A program made the translations under genes and the position numbers. Shown here one piece after another: positions 1-10,844 of a DNA stretch of 64,000 nucleotides (position 1 is its first letter; the number at the start of each line of letters is the position of its first letter). Under the pieces are notes generated by a model. It saw only the letters and a program-made list of their open reading frames with translations. It had not been told where the DNA came from and made no database searches. This stretch comes from Polyangiales bacterium (GTDB lineage: Bacteria > Myxococcota_A > Polyangia > Polyangiales > Polyangiaceae), in NCBI GenBank assembly GCA_038230375.1, contig JBBRNJ010000006.1, positions 134,394 to 198,393 of the forward strand, read 5' to 3'.

Positions 1-54
1 GAGCTCAGTGGCAAGGTCGACGTCGTGCTCGGCTGCAAGACGGTGGTGAAGTAG
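1..54 (+). CDS. 3' end of a gene entering the window (ELSGKVDVVLGCKTVVK*), function not assignable
   Basis: Frame +1 open from base 1 to TAG at 52-54, abutting the stop of the convergent CBS gene; GC-rich third positions. Confidence 0.5.
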   Translation, partial: ELSGKVDVVLGCKTVVK

Positions 55-465
55 CTACTTCTGCAGACGTGAGCTCAGGAGCTCCGCGAGTGCCGTGCAC
101 GCGTCCACTGTCGTGAAGATGCCAACGACCTTGTCGTTCTGCATGACGACCGCACTCCCGTACTTGTGAAGCGCCATCTCGCGCGCGACCTCATCGAGCG
201 GCGCCTCCGGCGAGACGGAGTACACGGACTGGGTCATCGCATCCTCCACCGTTATCTTGTGCGCGTCGACGTCCTTCAGGGACTCGACGAGCCGTGCGTC
301 GCGCTCCGTGATGAGACCCACGAGCTTGCCGCCGTGAAGGACCGGCAGGTGACGGATCTTGAGGTCCTGCATGACCGCGTGCGCCCTGGCCAGCGTCTGC
401 TCCACACCGATCGAGTGCGGAGATGAGGTCATGAATTTCTGGATGGTGGGGATCGACTTCGACAT
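55..465 (-). CDS. CBS-pair domain protein
   Basis: Two CBS repeats (IRHLPVLHGGKLVGLITERD; SAVVMQNDKVVGIFTTVD); start placed at ATG 465 (MSKSIPT). Confidence 0.9.
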   Translation of the reverse strand: MSKSIPTIQKFMTSSPHSIGVEQTLARAHAVMQDLKIRHLPVLHGGKLVGLITERDARLVESLKDVDAHKITVEDAMTQSVYSVSPEAPLDEVAREMALHKYGSAVVMQNDKVVGIFTTVDACTALAELLSSRLQK

Positions 466-675
466 GGTGTCGTGCTGAAGCATGGCCCGTACCGCCGCAT
501 TTTCTGGCGGGATTCGGGCCTTGCGTGGCTGCAACGGTTGCGTACGCGCGCACGAGCTGCAGGCCACGGGTTTGCAGCTCAGGTGCAATAAGTTGGACGC
601 GGGGCGCGCCGGGTCGGATAAATGGGCGGGCGTCGCGCAGGATCTTCGCGCGTCTCGAAAGGTGATTCGCCCGCC

Positions 676-3600
676 GTGTGGATAGTTCGGCTCGCGCTCA
701 GGCGTCCGTACACGTTCGTCGTGATGGCGATGCTCATCACGATCATGGGCGTGGTCTCCATCCTGCGCATGCCCACGGATATCCTTCCGGAGATCGACAT
801 CCCGGTCGTCGCCATCGTCTGGAACTACCAGGGCCTCTCCCCCCAGGAGATGGAGCTGCGCATCACCGGCAACTTCGAGCGCTTCCTCTCCACCACCGTC
901 AACGACATCTCACGCATCGAGAGCCAGTCGATCCAGGGCATCGCGATCATCAAGGTCTACTTCCAGCCCGGCGCGAAGGTGGAGGCAGCCGTCGCGCAGA
1001 TCACGGCCATAGGACAGACCGCGCTCAGGCAGATGCCGCCGGGCGCAACGCCGCCGCTCATCATCAAGTACAGCGCGTCGAACGTCGCGGTCATGCAGGT
1101 GGCGCTGTCGTCGGAGTCGCTGCCCGAGCAGCAGCTCTTCGATCTGGGCATCATCGGCGTGCGGCCTCATCTCACGTCCGTGCGCGGCGTGCAGATGCCG
1201 TATCCGTTCGGCGGCAAGCAGCGCCAGGTCATGATCGATCTGGACCTGGGAAAGCTCTCCGGCTGGGGGCTCTCGCCGCGTGACGTGTCCACTGCGCTCA
1301 GCATGCAGAGCCTCATCCTGCCCACGGGCACGTCGAAGATCGGCGACATCGAGTACCCGATCTCCATCAACTCCAGCCCGGAGACAATCGCGGAGCTCGG
1401 TGCCATTCCCATCCGCAGCACGCCCGACGGTCGCACCGTCTACATCCGCGACGTGGCGCAGGTGCGCGATGGCTTCTCACCGCAGACCTCCATCGTGCAC
1501 GTGGGCGGGCGAAGATCCGTGCTCATGCCGGTCTACAAGGCGAGCGGTGAGAGCACGCTCGCGGTGGTGTCGGGCGTGAGGGAGAAGCTCCCGATCGCCA
1601 TGGCCACGGTGCCGAAGGAGCTCAAGGCGGAGATCCTCTTCGACCAGTCGATCTTCGTGCGCGCATCGCTGGAAGGCGTTCTCAAGGAGGCGGCTACGTC
1701 CGCGGCGCTCACCGGGCTCATGATCCTGCTCTTCCTGGGCAGCTGGCGCAGCACGGTGATCGTCGTGGTGTCGATCCCGCTGTCCATCCTGGTCTCCGTG
1801 ATCTTCCTCGGCGCGCTGGGACAGACGCTCAACATCATGACGATGGGCGGAATGGCGCTCGCGGTCGGCATCCTCGTGGATGACGCCACGGTGGAGATAG
1901 AGAACATCCATCGCAACATCGGAAAGCACAAGCCGCTGGTGATCGCGATCCTGGACGGCGCACAGGAGATCGCTGTTCCCGCGTTCGTGTCCACGCTCGC
2001 GATCTGCATCGTGTTCGTGCCGGTCGCGTTCATCACGGGCCCGGCGCGCTCGCTGTTCCTGCCGCTTGCGCTGTCCGTCGTGTTCGCCATGCTCGCGAGC
2101 TACCTCCTCTCGCGAACACTGGTCCCCACGATGGTTCGCTACCTCCTTGCGAAGGAAGTGGAAGACCACGCAAACCCGCACGCGCCTGGTTTCTTCGGTC
2201 GAATCCACGTCGTCTTCAATCACGGGTTCGATGCGTTCCGGACCGCGTATGGGCATGCGCTCGCGTGGGCGCTCGGCGCGCGCATGGTTGTGGTCTCCGG
2301 TTTCGCGGTCTTCACCCTGGGCTCTGCGGCGCTGTTGCCCATGGTCGGTCAGGATTTTTTCCCCGAGGTCGACGCCGGTCTCATCAAGCTGCACGCGCGC
2401 GGGCCGTCGGGCACCCGCATCGAGGAGACGGAGCACCGCTTCGCCGATATCGAGGCCACGATTCGTCGCGTGATCCCGGGCAACGAGATCAAGACCCTGG
2501 TCGACAACCTGGGCATCCCGATCAGCAGCATCAATCAGGTCACCAGCGACGGCTCGCTCGTCTCTTCCGCAGACGGTGAGATCCTGATCGCGCTCTCGGA
2601 GCAAAAGAAGCGTCCCACGAACGAGTACATGCGTGAGCTGCGCAAGGCGCTTCGAAGGGCGCACCCGGACACCATGTTCTACTTCGCGGCGCCGGACATC
2701 TCGAACCAGGTGCTGAACTTTGGTATCGCCGCGCCGATCGACGTCCAGATCTCCGGGCCCGTGTCGAACCAGGCGAAGAACGCCGATGTGGCTCGGGCGC
2801 TCCTGCCGAAGCTCGCGAAGATCCCTGGCGCCGCGGACGTGCACATCCACCAGGTGCTCGACCTCCCGCAGCTGCGCATCGACGTCGACCGCGCACGCGC
2901 ATCCCAGTTGGGCCTCACGCAGCGCGACGTCGCGAGCGACCTGCTCACGTCGCTGGCGTCCAGCGGACAGGTCGCGCCCAGCTTCTTCCTGGATCGGACG
3001 CGCGGCGTGCAGTACCTGGTCGCCGTGCAGACGCCGCAGTACCGCCTGGACTCGCTCGCCGCGCTCGGGGCCACGCCCCTCTCCACGCCGTCCGGCAAGT
3101 CGCAGATGCTGTCGAACATCGCGGACGTGCATCGCATCGTCGGCCCCGCGAACATCACCCACGCAGACACCATGCCCACGCTGGACGTCTACATGAGCGT
3201 GGATGGCGCGGACCTGGGCTCCGTCGCGAAGGAGGTCGATCGCGTCGTCGCGGAGGCCAAGGACAAGCTCCCGCGCGGCACCACCATCAAGGTGCGCGGC
3301 CAGGTGGAGAGCATGCGTTCGTCGTTCGAGGGGCTGGCCTACGGGCTCGTCTTCGCCGTGCTCCTCGTCTACCTCCTCATGGTCGTCAACTTCCAGTCGT
3401 GGCTGGATCCGTTCATCATCCTCATGGCGCTTCCGGGCGCGATCGCCGGCATCGCCTGGATGCTGTTTCTTTCGCGAACCACCATCAGCGTGCCTGCATT
3501 GATGGGCGCGATCATGAGCGTGGGCGTTGCCACAGCCAACAGCATCCTCATGGTGACCTTCGCGAACGAGCAGCGCGCGCACGGGCGTGACTCCACCCAC

Positions 3601-3846
3601 GCCGCGCTCGCCGCGGGCATGGTCCGGCTTCGGCCTGTGATCATGACGGCGCTGGCGATGATCATCGGCATGCTGCCGATGTCGATCGGTCTGGGTGAAG
3701 GTGGAGAGCAGAACGCACCGCTCGGGCGCGCGGTGATCGGCGGTCTCACGTTTGCGACCATTGCCACGCTCTTCTTCGTGCCCGTCATGTACAGCCTGCT
3801 GCGCAAGAAAGCGCAGACACACGACTTGACCCCGGAGCTTCAGTGA
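676..3846 (+). CDS. RND efflux transporter permease (AcrB/CusA superfamily)
   Basis: N-terminus (M)WIVRLALRRP, GILVDDATVEIEN, RLRPVIMT, APLGRAVIGG; start placed at GTG 676. Confidence 0.95.
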   Translation: MWIVRLALRRPYTFVVMAMLITIMGVVSILRMPTDILPEIDIPVVAIVWNYQGLSPQEMELRITGNFERFLSTTVNDISRIESQSIQGIAIIKVYFQPGAKVEAAVAQITAIGQTALRQMPPGATPPLIIKYSASNVAVMQVALSSESLPEQQLFDLGIIGVRPHLTSVRGVQMPYPFGGKQRQVMIDLDLGKLSGWGLSPRDVSTALSMQSLILPTGTSKIGDIEYPISINSSPETIAELGAIPIRSTPDGRTVYIRDVAQVRDGFSPQTSIVHVGGRRSVLMPVYKASGESTLAVVSGVREKLPIAMATVPKELKAEILFDQSIFVRASLEGVLKEAATSAALTGLMILLFLGSWRSTVIVVVSIPLSILVSVIFLGALGQTLNIMTMGGMALAVGILVDDATVEIENIHRNIGKHKPLVIAILDGAQEIAVPAFVSTLAICIVFVPVAFITGPARSLFLPLALSVVFAMLASYLLSRTLVPTMVRYLLAKEVEDHANPHAPGFFGRIHVVFNHGFDAFRTAYGHALAWALGARMVVVSGFAVFTLGSAALLPMVGQDFFPEVDAGLIKLHARGPSGTRIEETEHRFADIEATIRRVIPGNEIKTLVDNLGIPISSINQVTSDGSLVSSADGEILIALSEQKKRPTNEYMRELRKALRRAHPDTMFYFAAPDISNQVLNFGIAAPIDVQISGPVSNQAKNADVARALLPKLAKIPGAADVHIHQVLDLPQLRIDVDRARASQLGLTQRDVASDLLTSLASSGQVAPSFFLDRTRGVQYLVAVQTPQYRLDSLAALGATPLSTPSGKSQMLSNIADVHRIVGPANITHADTMPTLDVYMSVDGADLGSVAKEVDRVVAEAKDKLPRGTTIKVRGQVESMRSSFEGLAYGLVFAVLLVYLLMVVNFQSWLDPFIILMALPGAIAGIAWMLFLSRTTISVPALMGAIMSVGVATANSILMVTFANEQRAHGRDSTHAALAAGMVRLRPVIMTALAMIIGMLPMSIGLGEGGEQNAPLGRAVIGGLTFATIATLFFVPVMYSLLRKKAQTHDLTPELQ

Positions 3847-5129
3847 AGGACGGTGAAGAGGTGACGGAACCGCGGAAAGACAGCGGCGCGGACGCAGAGC
3901 TTGGCTTCGACCTTCCGAAGGTCGAGAAGGGCGGCATCTCCACGCGCGTGGTCGCGGTGCTCGCGCTGATTGTCGCCGTCATCGCAGCTGCGTTCGTGAT
4001 CGGCTACCTGCCACGTCGGGCGGCGCAGCTCGCGGCGGCCACGCAGGCGCAAGGCGACGAGTCCGAACGCGACGCGCTCAGGGTGGAGGCGCAGAAGCCC
4101 ACGGAGTCTGCCTCCGATCGGGCGGTCGCGCTTCCGGGCTCCACGGCCGCGCTCGAGGAGACGCTCATCTATCCGCGGACCAGCGGCTACGTGCGGCGTT
4201 GGCTCGTCGACATTGGCGACAAGGTGAAGGAGGGCGATCTGCTCGCCGAGATCGACACGCCCGAGCTCGACCGGGAGATCGAGGCCGCACGCGCGGAGCT
4301 CCTGCAGGCGAACGCGCTCCTCGTGCAGGCCAAGGCGAACCAGAAGCTCGCGCACGTGACGGACGAGCGCACGAAGCGGCTCGCGCCCGCGGGCCTTGCC
4401 ACGCAACAGGAGTCGGACGAGAAGGCGGCTGCCGCGCAGGTCGCGGACGCGAACGTCGGCGTCGCGGAGGCCACGGCCACCGCACGTCAGGCAGCGCTGT
4501 CACAGCTCCTCGCCACGAAGGGCTTTGCGCGTGTGACCGCGCCGTTCGCCGGCACCATCACGGCGCGCACGGTGGAGCGCGGCTCGCTCGTGACCGGCGG
4601 CAACAGCACGTCGCTGTTCCGCCTGGTGGCCACGGACACGATGCGCATCTACGTGCAGGTGCCGCAGGACCTGGCGGTGGAGGTCCGACCCGGCCTCGTG
4701 GCCAAGGTCACGCTGCGCGAGTTCCCCGGCCGCACGTTCGACGGCAAGGTCGCGCACACGCAGAGCGCGCTCGACGCGCAGTCACGCACCATGACCGCAG
4801 AGGTCCGCGTGCCCAACGCCGACGGCGCGCTCCTCTCCGGGATGTACGCAAACGTGTCATTTGCGTTACACGGCGTGCACCGGGTGTTCGTGCTCCCATC
4901 CAGCGCGGTCATCGCGGACGCGAAGGGTGTTCATGTGGCAGTCGTCGATGGGTCCTCGCGGATCACGTTCGTTCCCGTCGTGGTCGAGCACGACGACGGT
5001 CAGGTCGTCTGGCTCGCCACTGGTCTCACCGGGCAGGAGCTCGTGGTGAAGACCCCCAGCGCGCTGATCGCGGAGGGTCGGAGCGTGACGGTGGTGAAGC
5101 CAGCGAGCAGCGCCCCCAGCGACCACTGA
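3843..5129 (+). CDS. RND periplasmic adaptor (membrane fusion protein)
   Basis: N-terminal TM, lipoyl halves (VDIGDKVKEGDLLAEI; APFAGTI) around a coiled hairpin; GTGA overlap with the permease. Confidence 0.95.
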   Translation: MKDGEEVTEPRKDSGADAELGFDLPKVEKGGISTRVVAVLALIVAVIAAAFVIGYLPRRAAQLAAATQAQGDESERDALRVEAQKPTESASDRAVALPGSTAALEETLIYPRTSGYVRRWLVDIGDKVKEGDLLAEIDTPELDREIEAARAELLQANALLVQAKANQKLAHVTDERTKRLAPAGLATQQESDEKAAAAQVADANVGVAEATATARQAALSQLLATKGFARVTAPFAGTITARTVERGSLVTGGNSTSLFRLVATDTMRIYVQVPQDLAVEVRPGLVAKVTLREFPGRTFDGKVAHTQSALDAQSRTMTAEVRVPNADGALLSGMYANVSFALHGVHRVFVLPSSAVIADAKGVHVAVVDGSSRITFVPVVVEHDDGQVVWLATGLTGQELVVKTPSALIAEGRSVTVVKPASSAPSDH

Positions 5130-5174
5130 CACCTTTTTTGTACTGCGCGCGCGGAATTGCGTCACCATGAACGG

Positions 5175-5906
5175 ATGGCGCAACCGTCCACGAGCGCGGC
5201 AGAAGAACGCGTGCTCATCGTCGACGACGAGGAGGATCTCCGGAACCTGCTCGCCTTCAACCTGCGCGAGGCAGGCTTCACGGTCGACGTGTGTCGCACG
5301 GGCGAGGAAGGCCTCACGCTCCTCGAAGAGCGACAGCCGCGCGTCGTGGTGCTGGACCTGATGCTGCCGGGTATCTCCGGGACCGAGGTCTGTCGCAAGG
5401 TCCGCGCGAACCCGAAGGTCGCAGACGTTGGCGTGCTCATGCTCACGGCGCGTGGTGACGAGTACGATCGCGTGCTCGGCTTCGAGGTGGGCGCGGACGA
5501 CTACGTGGTGAAGCCGTACAGCGTGAAGGAGGTGCTGCTCCGCGTGCGCGCGCTCTCCACGCGTGCCCAGGAGAGGCGGGTCGCTCGCACGGCGCGGGAC
5601 ACAGGCGCGCGCCATCGCTGGGAGGGGCTCGAGCTGGACCCCACGCGGCACATCGTCATGATGGACGGGGCCGAGCTCTCGCTCCGTCCGCTGGAATACA
5701 AGCTCCTCGCGATCTTCATGATCAACGCGGGCAAGGTCTACTCGCGCAGCGATCTCCTCACCGAGGTGTGGGGCATCTCGCAGGACACCAACACCCGCAC
5801 GGTGGACACGCACGTGCGACGCCTCCGCGAGCGCCTGGGTCGCTACAGCGACGTCATCGAGACCGTGCACGGCTTCGGCTACCGCCTTCGCGAACCGCCA
5901 AAGTAG
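5175..5906 (+). CDS. phoB: OmpR/PhoB-family response regulator, PhoB-like
   Basis: VDDE, LDLMLP, MLTAR, GADDYVVKPY and winged helix RTVDTHVRRLR...ETVHGFGY; symbol tentative. Confidence 0.85.
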   Translation: MAQPSTSAAEERVLIVDDEEDLRNLLAFNLREAGFTVDVCRTGEEGLTLLEERQPRVVVLDLMLPGISGTEVCRKVRANPKVADVGVLMLTARGDEYDRVLGFEVGADDYVVKPYSVKEVLLRVRALSTRAQERRVARTARDTGARHRWEGLELDPTRHIVMMDGAELSLRPLEYKLLAIFMINAGKVYSRSDLLTEVWGISQDTNTRTVDTHVRRLRERLGRYSDVIETVHGFGYRLREPPK

Positions 5907-7670
5907 ATGCTCTCCTTCCGCGACAAGCTCCTCGCGAGCCATCTGCTCGTCGTGCTCGTCGTTGTCGCGAGCATCATCTTCGGCCTGTCGCGAGCGCTGT
6001 CCTCCGATCTCGAGAACGAGCTGGACGCGCGCCTGGAGAAGGAGGCGCGCGGCACCACGGCGTGGTTCGCGGAGGCGGGAATGCGCCACCCCGACAAGAT
6101 CACCGCGCGCATCGCTGCGATCGTGCACGCCCAGGTGACCCTTGCAGACAAGGATGGCCACGTCCTGTCCGACACCAGCTCGCCACCGGCGCTCGGCACG
6201 GAGTCCGAGTTCGAGGACGCGCGGAAGAACGAGATCGGAAAGGCCACCCGCCGCGTGGCCTCCGGCGACGAGGTTCATTTCGTGGCCGTGCGCGCGAGTG
6301 ACGGACACGTGCTGCGTCTCGCGTCCCCGCTCTCGGGCATTGCCGGGACGGTGAACAGGGTGCGCGACCGGCTGGTGGTCGCGTCGATCGGCGGCGTGGT
6401 GCTCGCGCTGCTCCTGGGCATGCTGTTCGCGCGGTTGTCGGTGCGCCCGCTCATCGCCATGACGACCGCCGCGGAGAAGCTGGCGCGCGGAGACTACGAC
6501 GTGGACGCGCCCCGCACGAACGACGAGTTCGGCACGCTCGGTCGCACGTTGCTTCACCTGGCCTCCGAGCTGAAGGCACGCATCGGCGATCTCACGAGCG
6601 AGCGCGATCGGCTGAGTGCGATCCTCCGCGGCATGGTCGAGGGCGTCCTTGTGTTCGACGCCGACGGCAAGGTGATCCTGGAGAATCCAGCTGCCACGCG
6701 CATGCTCAAGGGCGGCGTGCTGGGCAAGAGCCTGGATGACGCCATGGCGAACGCGACCGTGCGCGAGCACGTCAAGCGCTGCATGGCCCACGACTTCTCG
6801 CAGGCGGAGCTGGAGGTGCAGAACGGCGGCGCCACCCTGGTCGTCTACGTGAGCCCGCTGGGCGACGCCGACGACTCGCACGGCGTCGTGGTCGTCATGC
6901 GCGACCTCACGGAGGTGCGCCGTCTGCTCACGGTGCGTCGCGATTTCGTGGCGAATGTGTCGCACGAGCTGCGCACGCCGATCGCCGCAGTGCAGGGCTA
7001 TGCAGAGACCCTGCTGCAGAGCAAACCGGGCGCGGAGACGCAGAGGCAATTCCTGGAGATCATTTTTCGCCAGTCGCAGCGGATGGGCGTGCTCGTGCAG
7101 CAGCTCCTCTCGCTCTCGGAGATCGAGTCGCGCCGGCCCGAGGACACGGAGCTCGCGGCAGTGGACGTGGGGCACGTCGCCGCCGACGTGGTGTCTGCGG
7201 TGAAGGGGCGCGCGGGCGGCGTCAGCTCGGGCATCGAGATGCGCGTGCCCGAGGCAACGCTCGCGCTCGCTGATGCAGAGGGCCTGGAGCGCGTGCTCGT
7301 GAACCTGGTCGACAACGCGGTGAAGTACGGCAAGAAGGACGGCAAGGTGATCGTGTCTGCGGCGCGCGCAAACGGCCGTGTGCGGGTCACCGTGTCCGAC
7401 GACGGCGCAGGCATCGAGTCGGTCCACTTGCCGCGGCTGTTCGAGCGCTTCTACCGCGTCGACGAGGGGCGCTCGCGCGAGAAGGGCGGCGCGGGCCTGG
7501 GGCTCGCGATCGTGAAGCATCTGGTCGACGTGATGGGTGGAGAGATCACGGTCGAGAGCGAGATGGGCAAGGGGACCACGTTCACGGTGTCGCTCGGCGT
7601 GCCGGTGGCGGCCTCAGGAGCACCGATCCCGTCCGCCATCGAATCGAAGCCTACGCTCACGACTTCTTAG
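5907..7670 (+). CDS. phoR: Sensor histidine kinase, PhoR-like (TM-HAMP-PAS-HisKA-HATPase)
   Basis: [45 protein letters not shown]; directly follows the regulator; symbol tentative. Confidence 0.85.
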   Translation: MLSFRDKLLASHLLVVLVVVASIIFGLSRALSSDLENELDARLEKEARGTTAWFAEAGMRHPDKITARIAAIVHAQVTLADKDGHVLSDTSSPPALGTESEFEDARKNEIGKATRRVASGDEVHFVAVRASDGHVLRLASPLSGIAGTVNRVRDRLVVASIGGVVLALLLGMLFARLSVRPLIAMTTAAEKLARGDYDVDAPRTNDEFGTLGRTLLHLASELKARIGDLTSERDRLSAILRGMVEGVLVFDADGKVILENPAATRMLKGGVLGKSLDDAMANATVREHVKRCMAHDFSQAELEVQNGGATLVVYVSPLGDADDSHGVVVVMRDLTEVRRLLTVRRDFVANVSHELRTPIAAVQGYAETLLQSKPGAETQRQFLEIIFRQSQRMGVLVQQLLSLSEIESRRPEDTELAAVDVGHVAADVVSAVKGRAGGVSSGIEMRVPEATLALADAEGLERVLVNLVDNAVKYGKKDGKVIVSAARANGRVRVTVSDDGAGIESVHLPRLFERFYRVDEGRSREKGGAGLGLAIVKHLVDVMGGEITVESEMGKGTTFTVSLGVPVAASGAPIPSAIESKPTLTTS

Positions 7671-8172
7671 ACATGGGGCAGGTGCACGACGCTGCCTGTG
7701 CGTCGCCGTCCGCGACCTTCTTCTGGGCGTCGGCGCAGCGCGTGTCGGTCGGTCCGGCGAGCCTGCAGATGGCTTCCTTCGCGTGATGCATGGACGTGAC
7801 GGCGCGGCAGACCTGATCGCACGTCGAGAGGGCCTGTGCTCCTCCGCCCTGAGGCGCGACCTCGGGAGCCACGGGGCTGGGCGCAGGCCTGTCGGGTTGC
7901 GAAGTGCCGCTCGTCGGCGTGCTCGATGCGCTGGGTGTAGCTCCCGCCGCCGCCAATCCGCCATTGCCCGAGAGCGCCGCGCGCGCGCGTTCGAGCTCGG
8001 CCTGCGCCTCCTCCACGGTCTGCGGCTCCGCCATGCTGCTTCCTGGCTCGGTCGATGAAGGCGACTTTGGCGCGCTCTCCGCCGTTGCGCCGCCACATGC
8101 GACCAGCGTCGTCAACAGGAGCGCGCTCCCCGCGCCCCGGAAACAGCGCTCGGGCCGGTGCTGCTCACTCAT
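7657..8172 (-). CDS. Hypothetical lipoprotein with Cys-rich C-terminus
   Basis: ATG at 8172 overlaps the upstream stop (ATGA); lipobox LVAC; C-terminal CDQVC...ICRL...RC...CTC. Confidence 0.7.
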   Translation of the reverse strand: MSEQHRPERCFRGAGSALLLTTLVACGGATAESAPKSPSSTEPGSSMAEPQTVEEAQAELERARAALSGNGGLAAAGATPSASSTPTSGTSQPDRPAPSPVAPEVAPQGGGAQALSTCDQVCRAVTSMHHAKEAICRLAGPTDTRCADAQKKVADGDAQAASCTCPMSKKS

Positions 8173-8648
8173 TGGACGATCCGGAGCGAGTACTGCTCGA
8201 GCGTGCCCACCGTGATCAGCGAGCCGTCGGGAAACTTGCAGAACGCATCCGTTGCGCCCACGCTGTTCTTTCCCGTCACGACTTGATTGTTCATCTTGAT
8301 GCACACCTTGCTGCCGGGCTTGGTGCGGCCATCGAGCTCGCGCTTCGCGATCTCCGTGGGCATGCCGCTCTTCACGTACTGGAAGGCGGCGCAGTCCAGG
8401 GTGCCATCCGCCTTCTTGCACGACGCTGAGAGCTTGATCCCGAGTTGCGTGAAGTAGAGCAGCGGGACCGGCGCGGGCCCGTCGTCCATCGTCCACGTCT
8501 CTGGCAGTCCGCTCTTGCCGTCCAGTGTGGCGGGCGAGGCCGGCGCGCTCTGCGGCGTGGCAGCCCCGCTCTCCGGCCCTTCCTTGCCGCAGCCAGCGAC
8601 CAAGAGCGAAACGGGTACGATGCACACAAGCAACTCTGACATCCGCAT
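8169..8648 (-). CDS. Lipoprotein with DUF333-like C-terminal module
   Basis: Lipobox VAGC; PGSKVC...FCKFPDG resembles the DUF333 pattern. Confidence 0.6.
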   Translation of the reverse strand: MRMSELLVCIVPVSLLVAGCGKEGPESGAATPQSAPASPATLDGKSGLPETWTMDDGPAPVPLLYFTQLGIKLSASCKKADGTLDCAAFQYVKSGMPTEIAKRELDGRTKPGSKVCIKMNNQVVTGKNSVGATDAFCKFPDGSLITVGTLEQYSLRIVQ

Positions 8649-8700
8649 GCGAGCAGAAATAGCGCGGATCAGCGCAATTACCAGCAGAACGTGACGCGGG

Positions 8701-10266
8701 TTACTTCGTCTTGATGTAGCGCATCGCCACGAACGTGGCGCCCGCAGCGAGCACGAGGGACACCAGGGCCACGACGATGATCAACGGAATGCTGACCCGC
8801 CCAACTTGCTGGGTGCCGCTCTGGTCGAGCATCTGGCTCGGGGCTGGTGCATGCGCGTTGGGGTTCATCTGGCCCGGATAGGGCCCGCCCACATTGGATG
8901 CATGATACATGGGTTGCGGCGAATCCATGTACGAGCTCAGCGGCCCGGCCGACGCTGGAGGTGACATGTCGAAGCTGGCAGGAGATGGGCGGTCCGGCAT
9001 GGCCTCGCGCCGCTGCTTCGTGGTGACGGTGGGCTCGGTGTGTGGCGCTGGGGGGATCGGCGGCCGCGCAGCTTGCGAGGGCGGCGCGGACGGCATGCGC
9101 GGAGTCGGCGGCGGCGGGCCAGCCTTCTCGTCCGGGAGCGCGAGCACCGTGTCGGCGTTCTCCGCGTCGAATGGCGCCTCGCCGCTCATGCGCGCGTGCA
9201 TCTCCTTGGTCATGTCCGTCATCAACGTCGCGTCGTCGTCGGTGCGCGCGGGGCCGTGCTCGGTCGCGGCCTTGGGCAGGGGCGGCGGCATGCGTGCGCC
9301 TGGCTTGCTCGGCGCGGAGGTGAAGATGTCGTCCTCTGTGGCGCCGGACCGCACGGAGGTCGGCGCGATGGCGTCTGGCCGCGACACCATGCGCGGCCTT
9401 TGCTGCGGCTGCGCGGCCGAGAGCGCGGCGAGCATGCTGCGCGCGTCCGGGAAGCGGTCGGCCTTCTCGAACTGCAGGGCGCGATCGACGACCGCGGCCA
9501 CCAGAGGCGGCACCCACGGCGCCAGATCGCGGATGGGGGGAGCACGACGCGTTGCCGCAGCGATGAGATGCTCCCGTATGCTGCCGGCCTCGTGAATGTG
9601 CTTGCCCGTGATGAGCGTGTACATCGTCGCGCCCAGTCCCCACACGTCGGACTGAGCGTCGATCTCGTCGCGTCGGGCGGTGGCCTGCTCGGGCGCCATG
9701 AACTCCGGCGTGCCGATCATGACGCCGGTGCGCGTGGTCTCGGCGCCCGGGACCCCCTCGAGCAAGCGCGCGAGTCCGAAGTCCAGGATCTTCACGCGAC
9801 CTGTCGTGGTGAGGAACAGATTGTCCGGCTTGAGATCGCGGTGCACCACGCCAGCGTCGTGCGCAGCGGCGAGCGCCTCCAGCACCTCGCGGCTGTACTT
9901 CAGCACGCGGTCGAGCGGCAGCCGTCCGCTCGAAGCAACGCGCGCGGCCTCCAGCGTCTCGCCCTCGAGCAGCTCGACGACCAGGTACACCTCACCCTGC
10001 TCGGTGACGTCGTCGTCGATCACCTCCACGACGCCAGGATGGCGTACCTGGTTGCCGACGTACCCTTCGCGCAGGAAGCGAGACTTGATCTCCGGCTCCC
10101 GCGCGAGATCCGCGTGGAGGATCTTCAGCGCGGCGCGGGAGCCGTTGTTCTTGTGCGTGGCGGCGTAGACCGTGGACATGCCACCGGTCCCGATGCGCGC
10201 GTCCACATGCCACTTGCCGTTGATGACAGACCCGACGCGGCCACGGTGCGACGGGACGCCGCTCAT
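8701..10266 (-). CDS. Hanks-type Ser/Thr protein kinase with Pro-rich linker and C-terminal TM
   Basis: GTGGMSTV, ALK, HRDLKPDN, DFG, GTPEFMAPE all intact. Confidence 0.95.
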   Translation of the reverse strand: MSGVPSHRGRVGSVINGKWHVDARIGTGGMSTVYAATHKNNGSRAALKILHADLAREPEIKSRFLREGYVGNQVRHPGVVEVIDDDVTEQGEVYLVVELLEGETLEAARVASSGRLPLDRVLKYSREVLEALAAAHDAGVVHRDLKPDNLFLTTTGRVKILDFGLARLLEGVPGAETTRTGVMIGTPEFMAPEQATARRDEIDAQSDVWGLGATMYTLITGKHIHEAGSIREHLIAAATRRAPPIRDLAPWVPPLVAAVVDRALQFEKADRFPDARSMLAALSAAQPQQRPRMVSRPDAIAPTSVRSGATEDDIFTSAPSKPGARMPPPLPKAATEHGPARTDDDATLMTDMTKEMHARMSGEAPFDAENADTVLALPDEKAGPPPPTPRMPSAPPSQAARPPIPPAPHTEPTVTTKQRREAMPDRPSPASFDMSPPASAGPLSSYMDSPQPMYHASNVGGPYPGQMNPNAHAPAPSQMLDQSGTQQVGRVSIPLIIVVALVSLVLAAGATFVAMRYIKTK

Positions 10267-10291
10267 CGGGAACCTGGGCGGGTCAGCGAGC

Positions 10292-10753
10292 TCAGTTCAC
10301 GCCGCCCGCGCCGCCGGCCTGCACGGCCTGGGGAGCCTGGGGAGCTTGCACGTCGGTGTGACCGTCGGCGCTCGCGCTGGGCTCCCCAGACGTGGTGCCG
10401 GAAGCCACCTTCTCCGCGTGCTCGCGGAGGACGCGCTCTACCTCCGCATCCATCTGACCCGTGACGATCTTCTTCCACATCACGAAGTCCGCGCGGAACG
10501 ACCAGAGCGGGTACTTGAACGTTGCGGGCTTGTTCTTCTCGATGAAGAAGTGACTGATCCACGCAGGTCCGTAGCCGAGCACGGGCGCCACGAGCATCAT
10601 CCATTTCTTGCGAAGCAGAAGCCCCGTCGCGAACGTCGCCACGGCGGCGGTGGTCCCGACGAAGTGCAGGATCCGAGTCGCCTTGTGCTGGTGCTCACGC
10701 ACGTAGAAGGGCCAGAACTCTTCGAAGGTGCCGTAGCGTTTTTCTTCTTCCAT
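10292..10753 (-). CDS. DUF962/Mpo1-like membrane protein
   Basis: FEEFWPFYVREH...RILHFVGT...WISHFFIEKNKPATFKYPLWS; start placed at ATG 10753. Confidence 0.85.
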   Translation of the reverse strand: MEEEKRYGTFEEFWPFYVREHQHKATRILHFVGTTAAVATFATGLLLRKKWMMLVAPVLGYGPAWISHFFIEKNKPATFKYPLWSFRADFVMWKKIVTGQMDAEVERVLREHAEKVASGTTSGEPSASADGHTDVQAPQAPQAVQAGGAGGVN

Positions 10754-10844
10754 GGCGCCTCCAGTATCCACGTTTTTCCGCGGAATACGAGTCTTTCGCT
10801 CGGCTTCCTCAAGATGTGGTCGACCGGCGTTCACGCCCAGGCGC

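Noticed and set aside
1477..3822. 781-aa minus-strand ORF
   Set aside because: Antisense shadow of the RND permease; no motifs, typical of high-GC codon bias
4866..7520. 884-aa minus-strand ORF
   Set aside because: Antisense to the PhoB/PhoR-like genes; no recognisable domain
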